Below are positions 1 to 12,027 of a stretch of DNA of 64,000 nucleotides, piece after piece (within the stretch, counting starts at the first letter, position 1; every line of letters begins with the position of its first letter). The notes beneath the pieces are model-generated. The model made no database searches, was not told the origin of the DNA, and saw only the letters and a program-made list of their open reading frames with translations. Location of the stretch: the NCBI RefSeq assembly GCF_003918875.1, contig NW_025765103.1:868001-932000 (forward strand). The letters run 5' to 3'. A program made the translations under genes and the position numbers. Source of the stretch: Haliotis rubra. Lineage: Eukaryota.

Positions 1-710
1 ACTCACAAAGCATTTACCCATTCACTCACCTACAAGCTCCTACTCACTCACTCACTCGCTAACATACACACTCACTCACTCACATTCCAACAGTCTCTCA
101 CTCACTCACTCACTAACATACACTCTCACTCACTCACCTTCCAACACACTCGCTCACTCACCTTCCAACACACTCACTCAGTCACTCACTCACTCCCTAG
201 CATACACTCTCTCACTCACCTCACAAAACATTGGATCACTCACTTCCAACACACTCTCTTACCCACCTTCCAACACTCACTCACTAACTCACTCACCCTC
301 CAACACACTAACTCACTCCTCCAACACACTTACTCATTCACCCTCCAACACACTCACTCACTTACCTTCCAACACACACTCACCCTCCAACACACTAACT
401 CACTCACCCTTCCAACACACTTCCACTCACTCCTTCACCTTACTCACCTTCAACACACTCACTCACTCACTTACCTTCATCAACACACTCTCCAACACAC
501 TCACCTTCCAACTCACTCACCCTTCAACACACTCTCACTCACTTCACCTTCCAACACACCTTCACTCACTTACTTCACTCACCTTCCAACACACACTCAC
601 TCACAAACACTTCCGACACACTCACTCCTCACTCACCTTCAACACACTACTTCATCAGCACCTCTATACTTTACACCTTCCAACACACTCACTCACTCAC
701 TCCTAACGTT
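1..710. repeat. Degenerate (ACTC)n-derived satellite (CACTCACTCACCTTCCAACA-like units)
   Basis: Continuous ACTC/ACAC/CCTTCCAAC motifs with almost no G on the + strand; runs off the left edge of the window. Confidence 0.9.
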
Positions 711-806
711 CAATACTTCATCAGCACCTCTATACTTTACACCTTCCAACACACTAACTCACTCACTCCAAACGTTCAATACTTCATCAGCACCTCTATA
801 CTTCAC
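649..806. repeat. 66-bp tandem repeat, about 2.4 copies
   Basis: ACTTCATCAGCACCTCTATACTT recurs at 649, 715 and 781 (period 66). Confidence 0.9.
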
Positions 807-2178
807 TTTACAAACACCCAGTAATCCTGCAGTGTTCATGAAGTCTATGCTATAGTTAACAAGAGTACATCACTACCCTCCAGTCTCTAGCCATGCTCCG
901 TCTCGCTTCAAACATACCCCACTCTTCACCAGGCACCTTGTTCATCCACTTGCTGTATTTAAAATTCCCTTAAGGAAATAATCTGTTCATATAAAGTCTT
1001 CTTGCTTTTATTTCAGTTCTACAAACCCTGTATAAATATTCCTTCACTGCACACAAGCCACACCCTCCATGCTAATAGAGAGCATGCTTAGGATTCAAGA
1101 TTACTGTTTATTCAGAACACTTGGCAAATTGCTCACATTTTGTGAAATATTCATATCAAACCAGCTTTTATTGTAATACGATGCACATGAACCCAATTTG
1201 CAAGAATTCAAAATTTCCACTCACTTTGAAGACATATTGAATACATATATTAGTGGACATAGCCAAGCTTCCCAACGCCGCCATGTGGCTTGACAACCGA
1301 GAGTTGAGTTTTTTACCTGATGTGATAATTGACAGCAAGTTGCAACAGCCTGCATTCAGAGGTGCAGTGCAGCTGACTGGTTTGAAATGTCTTATATCAA
1401 GAATTTCTCTTGAGTCACATTCTCCATTACACTCAATGTTTTGGACATTTCACAGAAAGGTCTCATTAGAAATAAAATTGGCCTTACTGCCATGGAAACA
1501 TTGGAATGTTGTACAATGTTTGATTTATCAAACATTTGATTCATTATATACTTTACTTATGAAATGTTTCAGTTCTCACAAACTTAAAGTTAAAGGCTAA
1601 ATTTCTGCCAAATCAAGACAAGACTTCTAATATCTGAGGTAACTTCATTTCATTTCTCTTACATTTAAACTATTCACAGTGTACTCCTAACGTAAATATC
1701 CCATCTGAGCTATTGGGTAGAGACTAAATATACTCATCAAAACAAGTTAGGGAGCAGGCGAGCTTCATATCACTGTAGTTAACCTGCCATTGTATGAAAG
1801 CATGCAGTGGTCTTAACTTCTTTGAACAGTATAGGATTCATACTCAGGGCTTCTCAAAGCTAAAGACAATATATCACCATATATTTATTTGAATAAATGG
1901 TGAATGTTGTTTACTAGATTTGATGAAAAGAAATAAATTGTGAGACTGCACAATAAACAGAGATGGCCTTGCAACTCTGCACTTCCACCAGCTCCATTAC
2001 AATATGTGTCAGCTGACATTGTATTGCCACCTGAAAGATTCTCTTAAGGAAGTCATTTAATCAGCTGTCAATATATTGCATGATTTATCAGGTCTAGTGT
2101 CTGCATTGTCAAACATGCCTTGACCTGATTAACACCCAAAATACTAGGTAATATGAGACAACACTACTTCCCGAAGTA

Positions 2179-2259
2179 ACAAATATCAGTATAACTGCCA
2201 TTGTTACGATTGATGACACAAATATCAGTATAACTGCCATTGTTACGAGTGATGACACA
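2179..2259. repeat. 39-bp tandem duplication
   Basis: ACAAATATCAGTATAACTGCCATTGTTACGA(T/G)TGATGAC occurs twice. Confidence 0.85.
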
Positions 2260-2416
2260 ACAGTGTACTCTACCATGTAGGACAAGGATGGGTGACTATT
2301 CACAGTGTCCTGTAGTAACACAGGGATATATTTCTAGATTAGGAAACAAATCAATCACACAGTGTATTTCAATCATACTGACCTAATTTGCAATGACTAC
2401 AACTTATTTTATTTAA

Positions 2417-2662
2417 GAGTGAGGGAGTGAGTTTAGTTAAACGCCGCACTCAGCAATATTCCAGCTATATGGCAGCGGTCTGTAAATAATCGAGTCTGGA
2501 CAATCCAGTGATCAATAGCATGAGCATCGATCTGCACAATTGGAAACTGATGACATGTGGTACTCAAGTCAGTGAGCCTGACCACCTGATCCTGTTAGTC
2601 GCCTCTTACGACAAGCATGGGTTACTGAAAGCCAACATTCTAACCCGGACCTTCACAGGTCT
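2417..2662 (-). mobile_element. SINE family B (no tRNA head, Meta-domain-like), full length
   Basis: Aligns end to end with the copies at 45147-45396 and 47755-48006; contains CATGCTTGTCGTAAGAGGCGACTAA and the GCTGGAATATTGCTGAGTGCGGCGT tail followed by (ACTC)n. The Meta-domain name is from recall. Confidence 0.9.
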
Positions 2663-2680
2663 ATATCATTTAGGTAGAGA

Positions 2681-2889
2681 GGTAGATTCTATGTAGAATT
2701 TATAGATTTCCGTAAAGCCTTCGACTCTATGGATAGAAAATGTTTAATTATATATATCACTAAATCAGATCGGGTGATCAGGAAACATTCTGAGTGTTTT
2801 ATGGGCTACTTATAAAAAGAGCGAAAAATAAAGAAAAGTTTAATGATTCTTTCTCAGAGGTATTTGAATTGTCCATGGGACTACGTCAT
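2681..2889 (+). pseudogene. Decayed non-LTR retrotransposon (LINE) reverse-transcriptase fragment
   Basis: 2681 onward reads GRFYVEFIDFRKAFDSMDRKCL (RT motif FxDFxKAFDS). After frameshifts it reads SGNILSVLWATYK and KFNDSFSEVFELSMGLRH, matching the region that leads into GVRQG. Stops and frameshifts are present. Confidence 0.8.
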
Positions 2890-3197
2890 TGAGTTTTCAA
2901 ACACTTCACACACTTTACTGCCATGGTAGAGGGAAGTGTTATCAAAAACAAGTCTGTCCATGATTTTATAGTCACATATTGACATCGAGTCAACTCAACT
3001 GACACAAAGTTTATTAATAATGAAAACAAGACTCTAAAATATTCTGACAGTATTAACTGAAGAGCAAAGAAATCAAAACATCTTAGAGATTAGTGACAGC
3101 TTACATGATTGTCAAAACACAAATATGGCATCAAAGGGACATATTGTGTACGTATGTTTTCAAGTAATATATAGTATACACTGTATAGATATATAAC

Positions 3198-3334
3198 CTT
3201 TTGACTTGGGGGGCTCTGAGGCCCCTTTGACTTTTTTATGCGGCGGTTTTGTGACCCTTTTGACTTTCTTGCAGCCCTTTTAACTTTTCCGTTTTGGGGC
3301 CCTTTTGTCATGCGGCCCTTCTGACTAGGATCCG
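3198..3334 (-). mobile_element. DNA-transposon end with internally repetitive TIR (MULE/MITE-like)
   Basis: The - strand reads GGATCCTAGTCAGAAGGGCCGC followed by repeated (GTC)AAAAGGG(C/T)C motifs, typical of repeat-containing TIRs. No partner end found. Confidence 0.55.
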
Positions 3335-3486
3335 GAAAGAAATATATGCGATTATTATATAAAGGATGACAAAATGCTATATCTTTTCTACAAGAACTGG
3401 ATTTCTCAGCAAAGGTAATGAATTAATGTTTCCTTAAAATAAGAACTGATTGGTTCAGTATAACATTGCTATACATTGCTACACTT

Positions 3487-3605
3487 CAGCTCAGTAATAT
3501 GATGTCAGCAAGCTCATCCTAAATACATGATCATCATCAGCTCAGTAATATGATGTCAGCAAGCTCATCCTAAATGCATGATCATCATCAGCTGTAATAT
3601 GATGT
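3487..3605. repeat. About 51-bp tandem duplication
   Basis: CAGCTCAGTAATATGATGTCAGCAAGCTCATCCTAAAT(A/G)CATGATCATCAT occurs twice plus a partial third copy. Confidence 0.85.
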
Positions 3606-4244
3606 TAAACAGTTGTTACTCAACAACAGCATACTCAAAGTGCTACATTGAGTGAAATAATAGCAAATATTTACAAAGCAAAGCAAAGTTTACGCTACAA
3701 ACGAGGGTAAAAATATCAGGAAAGTTAAGTTACACATTGTCATTAACACTACAGTGAAAACATGGCTCAAACAAAAGTTTTCTACAATTAACAATACCTA
3801 GCTAATCTACTGCAGTGAAATACACAATAACCACCTTGAAGTCAACCTGACCTCAGTTCATTAAGTCTGTGGACAAGCATGCTTGGTGTCATACCAATAT
3901 AATAATCACATGTACATTAACATGTACTAGGTAGAATAACATGTCTGTTCAATTAAGGGTATACCCTCCTGTAATATACACACACAATCTGACATGCCCT
4001 GTTAATTGATTGGCTTTAGAAGCAATTTTGTTGAGAAATAACACTATGCACCTTCCAGTAAGCTAATCACTTGTGTTGGTGGCGAAGGTTAAATAACATA
4101 ACTGCCACATGAAATAACAACAGTATGCACCTTTAACCATAGCACCTACTGGGTAGTACAGCTTATATAACACACTACTGCCATGTGAAACTACCATGTG
4201 CAATTTCAAGTAACCATAGCAACTGGTGGGCAATACATATTGTG

Positions 4245-4335
4245 GTGATCAGAAAGAAAGTCACAGGAAAAAAGGTTACAGATAAAAAGTCACAATTTTG
4301 GCTGGGTAAACAAGTCACAGGAAAAAAAGTCACAA
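4245..4335 (+). mobile_element. MULE-type TIR with repeated GGAAAAAAAGTCACA motifs
   Basis: Five AAAAGTCACA-like sub-repeats in about 90 bp, directly abutting a FLYWCH remnant. Confidence 0.65.
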
Positions 4336-4337
4336 GA

Positions 4338-4490
4338 GTGATTGTGAGGCTGTCCAATCTCCAGATTTTCTTTGTTAATGTTTGTGCTCAGGCATCCTCT
4401 ACATGACATACTGGACCTCTTTGTACACTTCCACCAGATTTGTTCTTATATTGTATAACCAGTATCTCCTTGAAATGTCAGTGACTGAAA
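4338..4490 (-). pseudogene. FLYWCH zinc-finger remnant (MULE transposase N-terminus)
   Basis: My translation of the - strand gives QSLTFQGDTGYTI*EQIWWKCTKRSSMSCRGCLSTNINKENLEIGQPHNH. This fits the FLYWCH pattern L..G..Y...W.C.x(6).C...H.H, with one in-frame stop. Confidence 0.7.
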
Positions 4491-6950
4491 CATACATCTC
4501 TTGTTGCCAATGTGCCATCAGCTCAGGGGTCATCATGAACCAGAGGTGACTGAAGCACCAGGTCAAGACACGAGGGCTGTAACAGTCGGGTAACAGGCAA
4601 TTTGTGCTACAATTGATGGATCAGGAAAAGGATTCATGCCAAGAATATAGTGAGATTGATTGACAGAAAGGGACAATGAAATGCATGGGAACATTGAAAT
4701 TAACATGACAATTAATGAAATGTACAACTTTGTTACTGAAATGTACAACAATTGTTGATGATGGAATTGGATAATGTCCAGTACTTTATGGTAAGATTAT
4801 TGAGCATTCCTAAATTAGGAAAAGTAAAGATCAGATCAGGTGAAAGTTACTTGCTACTGATCAAGTCAGACAGTGACAATGAAATTAACACGACAAGAGA
4901 TGTGATGTATGACAAAACATGATTTATGCCAAAGTGTTAATGGTGTATAAGAGGAACATAAATAAACATGGTGTTATATATTAGGAATGAACTCTGTAAA
5001 GATTCCTCCCAAGTAGGTCTGAACAAGAATTAACAATGATTATGTCACAAGAAACAAATATTTCAAAATATACACAGAGTGATCAGTGTAATAGTTTTGT
5101 GAAATAAATGAAATAGAATATCTAAGAGAAGTGGAGGAACTCCTGATTCACAATCCTATAGTTAATCTATCATGCCATGACAGTAGAAAGACAGGTGTTA
5201 TTTACCTCCTTCAGATGAAATACGACACATTTCACACAGGGTGGTTGTTAATACACAAATATGGATGGTTCTAAAGGCTGGCCCAACCATTCAACTGTAG
5301 GGGAAGCAATGTGAGTTTGTTGATTTTGAAAGATAAAATGTCAAAGATACCATCATCAGTTGTGTACCATAAGACAGAAATTGACAAATGTTGTTTTTTA
5401 ATTTTTAAATCAAATTATATTTTGATAAATATAACCAAGTAGAAGTAATTAAACAAGCTGACTTTAAGTGTCAATACAGTTTACCTTTGGGATTATCACA
5501 TCACTAAGTTTAGATATTTGCAATTAAAAATCAAATCAAACATATGATGAAACCAAGTGTTATGTTTTGGTTGTCAGAACCTCAGTTAGAGGTACATTAA
5601 ATATCTCAAGCAGACCATTATCACCATGAACATTGAATAGTAAACTAAATCATTACTTCTAATCTTTCTTTTTTATAAAAACTACAATAAAAAAAGAAAC
5701 AAAAAGAGAAAGATAAATTTGCGATGAAATTAAATAGTTTTGAACTGATAAATGCCTAATGTCATCTTAGAAACAAGCAAATGAAAGACAGACAAAGATA
5801 ATAATGACATATGTAGCAGTTATCCTAAAGCTGGATGACCTTGGTCACATGACACTGAGTCACTTGTGACTACTGCATCCTTACTTCTGACACTAATGGA
5901 ACGGTAAACCCCAGTCGGTTCTAACAATGTAACTTGTAGATTGGGAAGTATCTTCAGTTGCTTCAAGTTCTGAATTAAATACATCTGTAAATTTTGTACA
6001 TTCAACCAGGAAAGCTTTGGTAAATACAGATTCACCCATTAAAGCTTAATGATGTCATGGAGACAAAATCTCAGCACAAAACCCATTCAAAATACCTTGC
6101 ATGACAGAATCTTTGTTTGAACAAATTTGGCAGATATCTTTCGCACTCAGTGTCACTCAGAGAAAGAAAACTTTCTGCAATGCTACAACAATTCCAACCA
6201 CGAAAAGCAAAATTTGTGGTTAAGCAACCGTCAAATTAATCCGTCAGAAGCATGACTTTTAGAAAATTCCACAAATCCTGTGTTTTCTTCTCCTGTTCAT
6301 CTTAACCATTCTTCATCTGGGCAAACATGGCTGTTTGCCAAGGACAGACAACTCTGCAATATTACATCACTGGCTAGCCACTAGAGCATCTTCACGTTGT
6401 TCAGCGTGGATGGTATTTAATCAAACTAGAGGCCTTGGGGCAAAGGAAAGCTGACCAGAAATGGACTAAATGTTTGTACTTCACGACAAATAATAGCCCT
6501 GAGTCCTTTAAAAGCTGTCTAAACCATGCACTCACTATATTTGTGTGGGCTCACGATGAAGTGACATAAATTAAGCAAATGACCTCTGGACATGTTAAAT
6601 GACCACTACATGACCAGGACACCGTGGTCTTGATTCCAAAAACAAATTTGATTCTTGGCCTACTTTGCACACAGACTTATCAAACAAGCTCCTGCCATTT
6701 CACTAATGGCAAAAAACACTCCCACTGTCATCTTGAATAACACACAATGTACACATTCATTGTCAGCATGTTTTGTGATTCCACTTGCTTTACCTTGAAA
6801 ACTAATCAGAAAATGATTATTTTTTATTGGAAATTCATTGCTATTCACAAGTGAATTGATGTTTTTACACATGACAGATATGTCAGTTTGTGGTTCTGTG
6901 TCCTCCCCATACTTGATTCCTGTGTGAATCTAATAGGGCTGGGCTTGGTT

Positions 6951-7156
6951 GGGTAACTTGGGTAGTAACTTGGGTAGTAACTTGGGTAGTAACTTGGGTA
7001 GTAACTTGGGTAGTAACTTGGTAGTAACTTGGGTAGTAACTTGGGTAGTAACTTGGGTACTTGGGTAGTAACTTGGGTAGTAACTTGGGTAGTAACTTGG
7101 GAAGTAACTTGGGTACTTGGGTACTTGGGTAGTAACTTGGGTAGTAACTTGGGTAA
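6951..7156. repeat. 12-bp minisatellite (AACTTGGGTAGT)n, about 17 copies
   Basis: Direct tandem repeat visible in the sequence. Confidence 0.95.
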
Positions 7157-8879
7157 ATTTGGTACAGAGGGAAATTTGGGAGTATCTATAGCGATATATG
7201 AATTAGCAGAAACAGAACCAATTGGGAAACAGCAACATTCATCATAAATTCAAGTAATTCTAACCATTTGTATTAAAACTGTGTTTCTTTTACCTTACAC
7301 TTCAATGAGTAACATTTGCTTCAGGCCATTTTGGACTAAATATGAATATATATCTCCAAATGATGTAAAGCTAATGTACTATGAACGCTCTCATAGAAAA
7401 CTCAGGCCTTAAAGCCCATTACAACACAATGTTACATGCTTTAGTTCCATGTCTACCATTCTTATTTGAAGGCACCATTCACTTGTCATGTAATGCTTTA
7501 AATACACAACCAACTGCCAATGGACATTGCCAATATTTTCTTTGGAGATAAAATCACAGAAACAGTATTGTTCAAGTTTAGTTTGTTTGGCATCCATTAC
7601 AGCCCGGCAACTGCCATGAGTGTCCCAGTCTCTATCCGGCTGCGATCTCCCCCCCTTCACATTAATGTCTGCTCACATCTGCCCCTGGGGCAGTCTAAAC
7701 TGACCACTATCTGACTCCGACAACAACAAATCCTGCACTTCTACACTTCCAATCTAATATATCCCTGTAATTGGAACTGAAGTACATCCCCGTATAACAG
7801 CTCCCCACTCTCCTGGCTGTAAGACACTCAAAACGGTTGCATTATACTTGTAACTTCAATATTGGAATGAATGTTAATTAATATATTTTTTGTGTTGTTA
7901 CAAAATGAAGAATTCTAAACTAATATATATTTACAGAAACTCAAAACATGTTTCCTGAAAAACTTCAAGTACAATTGTTTCATGAAATGCTGGATTAAAC
8001 ATTTACAGAAATGTAGAGTTTGAAATCCACCTGATGTAACTTGCTGTACAACTTATTACAATAAATACATAAAGCAGCAGCACCCATGTGATTCAGGTAA
8101 GAGGATTAGGTGATAACAGTTTAAAGTAAGCAGGTAGTTGTAAGGAAGCCAGCATTTTACAGAATTATGTTGAGAGTAAGTTGATGATTTTTGTAACTGC
8201 TATTTGTTTCTTAGATATATTTTGGCAAAGTAAAAACTACCTGAGAAACTGATTTTGAAATATACATGTAATACACAATGACCAACTTAAACATACCTGA
8301 CATTTGCTATATTATACAAGCTACAAAGTCTCCACATTTATATATATTTGCTGAAATGTACAACCTGAATTTCACCTGACCCCTCCCTGTCCCTCGTTAT
8401 AATACTCTCCTCGTTATAGCACCACCACCATCTCCCCTGGAGTCTCACATGCCCCCAGGGAGAGGGGTAACAAATTAGTTTACAGATTCGGATTGTAATC
8501 AACATGGTGGTGTCTGTACCCTCCAGCCATTTACAAAACACTATTTTTATGTTTATTTCACAAGTTAGTGTTTATTGATTTTGTTCTTTTGTCTGGCCGG
8601 CCATCTTGTGATGAACTCTGGAGGCACTGTTTTGGATTGTTCTTGCTCTATCTATATCTGATCTATATATTTCAAATTTCTTCTTTCACTTTATTCTGTA
8701 TGTTCTCTTTTAATTTCACTAAATAACCAATCAACATACAGGCTGAGAAATTGAATTAGTAGGTAATCCTCTTGACAAATTTATTTATCTTTACCTGGTG
8801 TAAGAGTGAGTAAGTTGGAGTTGGTGCCACTTGGAACAGTATGTGAGCTATTTCCTGCCACCATGGTTCCAGCATCTAG

Positions 8880-9113
8880 ACCACCTACATGGTGTAGTGG
8901 ATACAGTGTCTGCTCCAGAGATTGGTGGTTTGATTCCTGTCAACATCCTACATGTGGACATTAACACCTCCAACTTGGCACCATCCTTGGCACTTGGTAT
9001 TCAGGATAAAGCAAGGACCGATCGCCTCCACGTCAGTACCCTGTGTGAGAGTGGGGTCTCCATGATAAACTACACCATCGTAGTGGACTAATCTTCAACG
9101 TGACATTAAACTC
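8880..9113 (+). mobile_element. Old tRNA-derived SINE (V-SINE-like central region), degenerate
   Basis: A-box-like TGGTGTAGTGG at 8890-8900, B-box-like GGTTTGATTCC at 8927-8937, central TTGGCACTTGGTATTCAGGATAAAGCAAGGAC, tail CGTGACATTAAACTC. Family label is from recall. Confidence 0.55.
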
Positions 9114-9289
9114 TGTTACCTAGGTGATTTACCTATGATTTGTGGGGAGAATGGCTAAAGTGACACCTGCTGTATAACTGCTGCATAACTGTTTACTATG
9201 GCAGGTACAGACCGACCATTACTTGCAGTTCAATCTGGGATTTGAACACAGGATGAGCAGATCATGCTCCTAGAGGATATATTGTACAT

Positions 9290-9523
9290 CACCTCTTCTA
9301 CACAACAAGGAGGATGTTGATAAAGGTTAAGATGATACAAAATTATTAAGACAAAAGGAGAGTTGTTTTCATGGTCAAAGGCATAACTTTCAATTTGAAT
9401 TAATTCATTTCCATTGAAGCAAGAGTGAAACAGTCTGATAAGGATGATGGCGAAGTTAAATGGTTTAATAACATAATAAAATTGTCTAGACTTGAGATGA
9501 GACTGAGAATTGAGCAGATTCAC
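9290..9523 (-). pseudogene. Possible LINE apurinic-endonuclease remnant
   Basis: The ORF NSQSHLKSR...IKPFNFAIILI...NELIQIESYAF loosely follows the N-terminus of CR1/L2 endonucleases (N..S....FDII..SET...I.GY.F). The catalytic residues are not intact. Confidence 0.25.
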
Positions 9524-10169
9524 TCCAAGAGATTAAATTCTTATTCAATTTAGCTTGTTCCCTTGCTCTGATCAGAATACCAGAGCGACTCCCCTGGGCA
9601 GGATGAAACAGACAACGGCTGTCATTCACTGTCATGTAATTGACAAAGACAAGAAATTAGCACCAGGTACCAGTGTGATTATCAGCTGATGGGGGGAATT
9701 GTGCGGGGGGATGAGGGAACATCAAAGGGGGTGGGGGTGGAGGTGTTACATAGCTTGGTGTGAGTAGGGGGAGTCAGAGATATGAGGTGATAGGACATCA
9801 TGTACACGATGGAAGAAGCTGCCAGAGGTTTGAGATTCCACCGTGCTCGGGTTGGACAAAGGGTTCGTAGATGCTGATCTTGTCCACTGACATTAGGTAT
9901 CTATATGGTGGTCAGCATCTATATATGGTGCTCATGAGGGGTGGAGGCACTCATCAGTGTAAAGTGGAGGGATGACTGTAATTCCCCCAGGGTAGGGTGT
10001 CTGAGTGAGGGGTGGAGTGGGGTATGACCTAATGGGAGATACAGGGAGAGGACTTGAAGGGTAGTTCCACCTTGGAGGGGTGGTTGAAGGAGGCGTAGCA
10101 GTAGCCAGCTGATGAGGCATAGAAGTGATCAATGAGTTCTATGATAGCAGGCAATAGATTGAAGGGAAT

Positions 10170-10204
10170 GTGAGTTTGTGTGCGTGTGTGTGTGTGTGTG
10201 TGTG
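10170..10204. repeat. (GT)n microsatellite
   Basis: Direct observation. Confidence 0.9.
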
Positions 10205-11379
10205 GGGGGTGGGGGTTGGGGGCTGTCTCTGGCACATGGGTGGGTTAGGGCGGGATCTATAGGTAGGGGATGGATGCAGCTGGAGACAATGCAGAGCTGC
10301 AACTGCTGAAACAACAGGGGAACTGTACCTGGGGAAAAGCTTACTGTTGGAGCCCATTGCTATGTTGTTGGAGGGGTGATTGCTGTCCAGCTATAACAGA
10401 TATATACCTCAGGTACTGGAAAAGAAAATACCTGGTGCAAGGATACAGAATACAAGGATACAGCAGCATTGTGCTGCACAGTGCACTTAACCATTTCCTT
10501 GTCTCTAACATGGCAGATTTTCTTCTGGGTCGGAACTGACATGTACTGTTGGAGATGCTTTGAGGCATGCTCTGTAAAAGCCGTGGAAACCAAGTCACGT
10601 ACATGCAGTAGTCTTATGTCCTGCGATGCACGACAGTACCCAGCATGCACTCATTATAAGGCTACACAGAACTACAACATGGATCAGTTTTCTGTTTGGG
10701 TTGAGGTAGAGGACTCGTCCACTGTTTAGGGTATAGGGTAGTGCCCTGTATTTTGTTTTGGCATGGGGACATTTCTGTATACTGAAACATACCCGGGGTA
10801 CAATATCAGTTCCAGACATAGTCAGGATCACATCTAGATTCAGACAGCTGCATCGTGCGGGCGGCAGGACCAGATCTGTATTCAAATGTCCAACACTCAT
10901 GGACGTTGTCCAGCATGAGCAAAGTCACTGTCTGACAAAAGGTCAGGTGGTGGACAAACCTCTGGAAGAACACTCCTGCAGCATGGGGGTTGACAGAGAG
11001 GCAGTTATAGAAGGATAATGGCAATATTAAATGTGGCATTTATGGCCGAAGTGTGGGTGGAGGGAGGGTGGGTCATTTAAGGTGAGGGTGGTGTTAGACA
11101 ATAGCTGTGACACTAATGGGATGGCAGTGGACAATGTGGGGTGTGACTCGGGTGCTGCACTGTGGGGGCAAATCACTGCCATATTGTGGGGTGGGAGGTA
11201 CAGGGAGGTGTCCACATGGACATATTGATACACTGACAGGGCTGTAACTGTAATAAACCCTTCACGGCTGGACTCATCGCAGAGAACACACATGTTTGAA
11301 AGCATTTGTGAGATTATATATGGGTAGTTTGATTTACACTCTTTCACCCCACGCACATGCTTGCTGGTGTTTCAATATT

Positions 11380-11787
11380 GAACACCTCACTGTTATACCA
11401 GGGTTAACCAGGTGGACCATTAACACCTCACTGTTATACCAGGGCTATACGGGTGGACCATGAACACCTCACTCTTATACCAGGGCTGTACGGGTGGACC
11501 ATGAACACCTCACTGTTATACCAGGGCTATAATGGGTGGACCATGAACACCTCAACACCTCACTGTTATACCAGGGCTATACCATGAACACCTCACTGTG
11601 GACCTATGAATGAACACCTCACTGTTATACCAGGGCTATATGGGTGGACCATGAACACCTCACTGTTATACCAGGGCTATACGGGTGGACCATGAACACC
11701 TCACTGTGATACCAGGGCTATACGGGTGGACCATGAACACCTCACTGTGATACCAGGGCTATATGGATGGACCATGAACACCTCATT
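11380..11787. repeat. 41-bp minisatellite, about 10 copies
   Basis: Unit TGAACACCTCACTGTTATACCAGGGCTATACGGGTGGACCA; period 41 (11422 to 11463). Confidence 0.95.
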
Positions 11788-11895
11788 CCAAGGGTACACG
11801 GGTACACTATTACTGAAGCATAGTCTGTGGGGTCTTATTCACACAGTAAAGTCATCTGTATCACAGATACTGACCAACACCAGCCACTGAGACTG

Positions 11896-12027
11896 TGTTC
11901 AGACAGTCAGACCACTGTTTAGCACCAAGTGTTCAGTCAGACCACTGACTACTACCGAGTGTTCAGACAGTAAGACCACTGACTACCACCAAGTGTTCAG
12001 ACAGTCAGACTTCTGACCCACAAGTGC
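11896..12027. repeat. About 34-bp degenerate minisatellite, about 4 copies
   Basis: GTGTTCAGACAGTCAGACCACTGACTAC(C)ACCAA-like units. Confidence 0.8.

Noticed and set aside
700-800. Minimal hammerhead ribozyme on - (CTGATGA-AGTATT-GAACGTT) in the 66-bp repeat; CTGATGA also at about 15018, 41186 and 56028
   Set aside because: GAAA is missing or stems I/III cannot form at any of these sites.
1253-1600. 115-aa ORF and other 60-120-aa ORFs in unique sequence
   Set aside because: No recognisable domains, often non-ATG starts, and lengths expected by chance.
11380-11787. CRISPR-like arrays (this and other 30-56-bp repeats)
   Set aside because: Units are head to tail with no unique spacers, there are no cas genes, and the context is eukaryotic.
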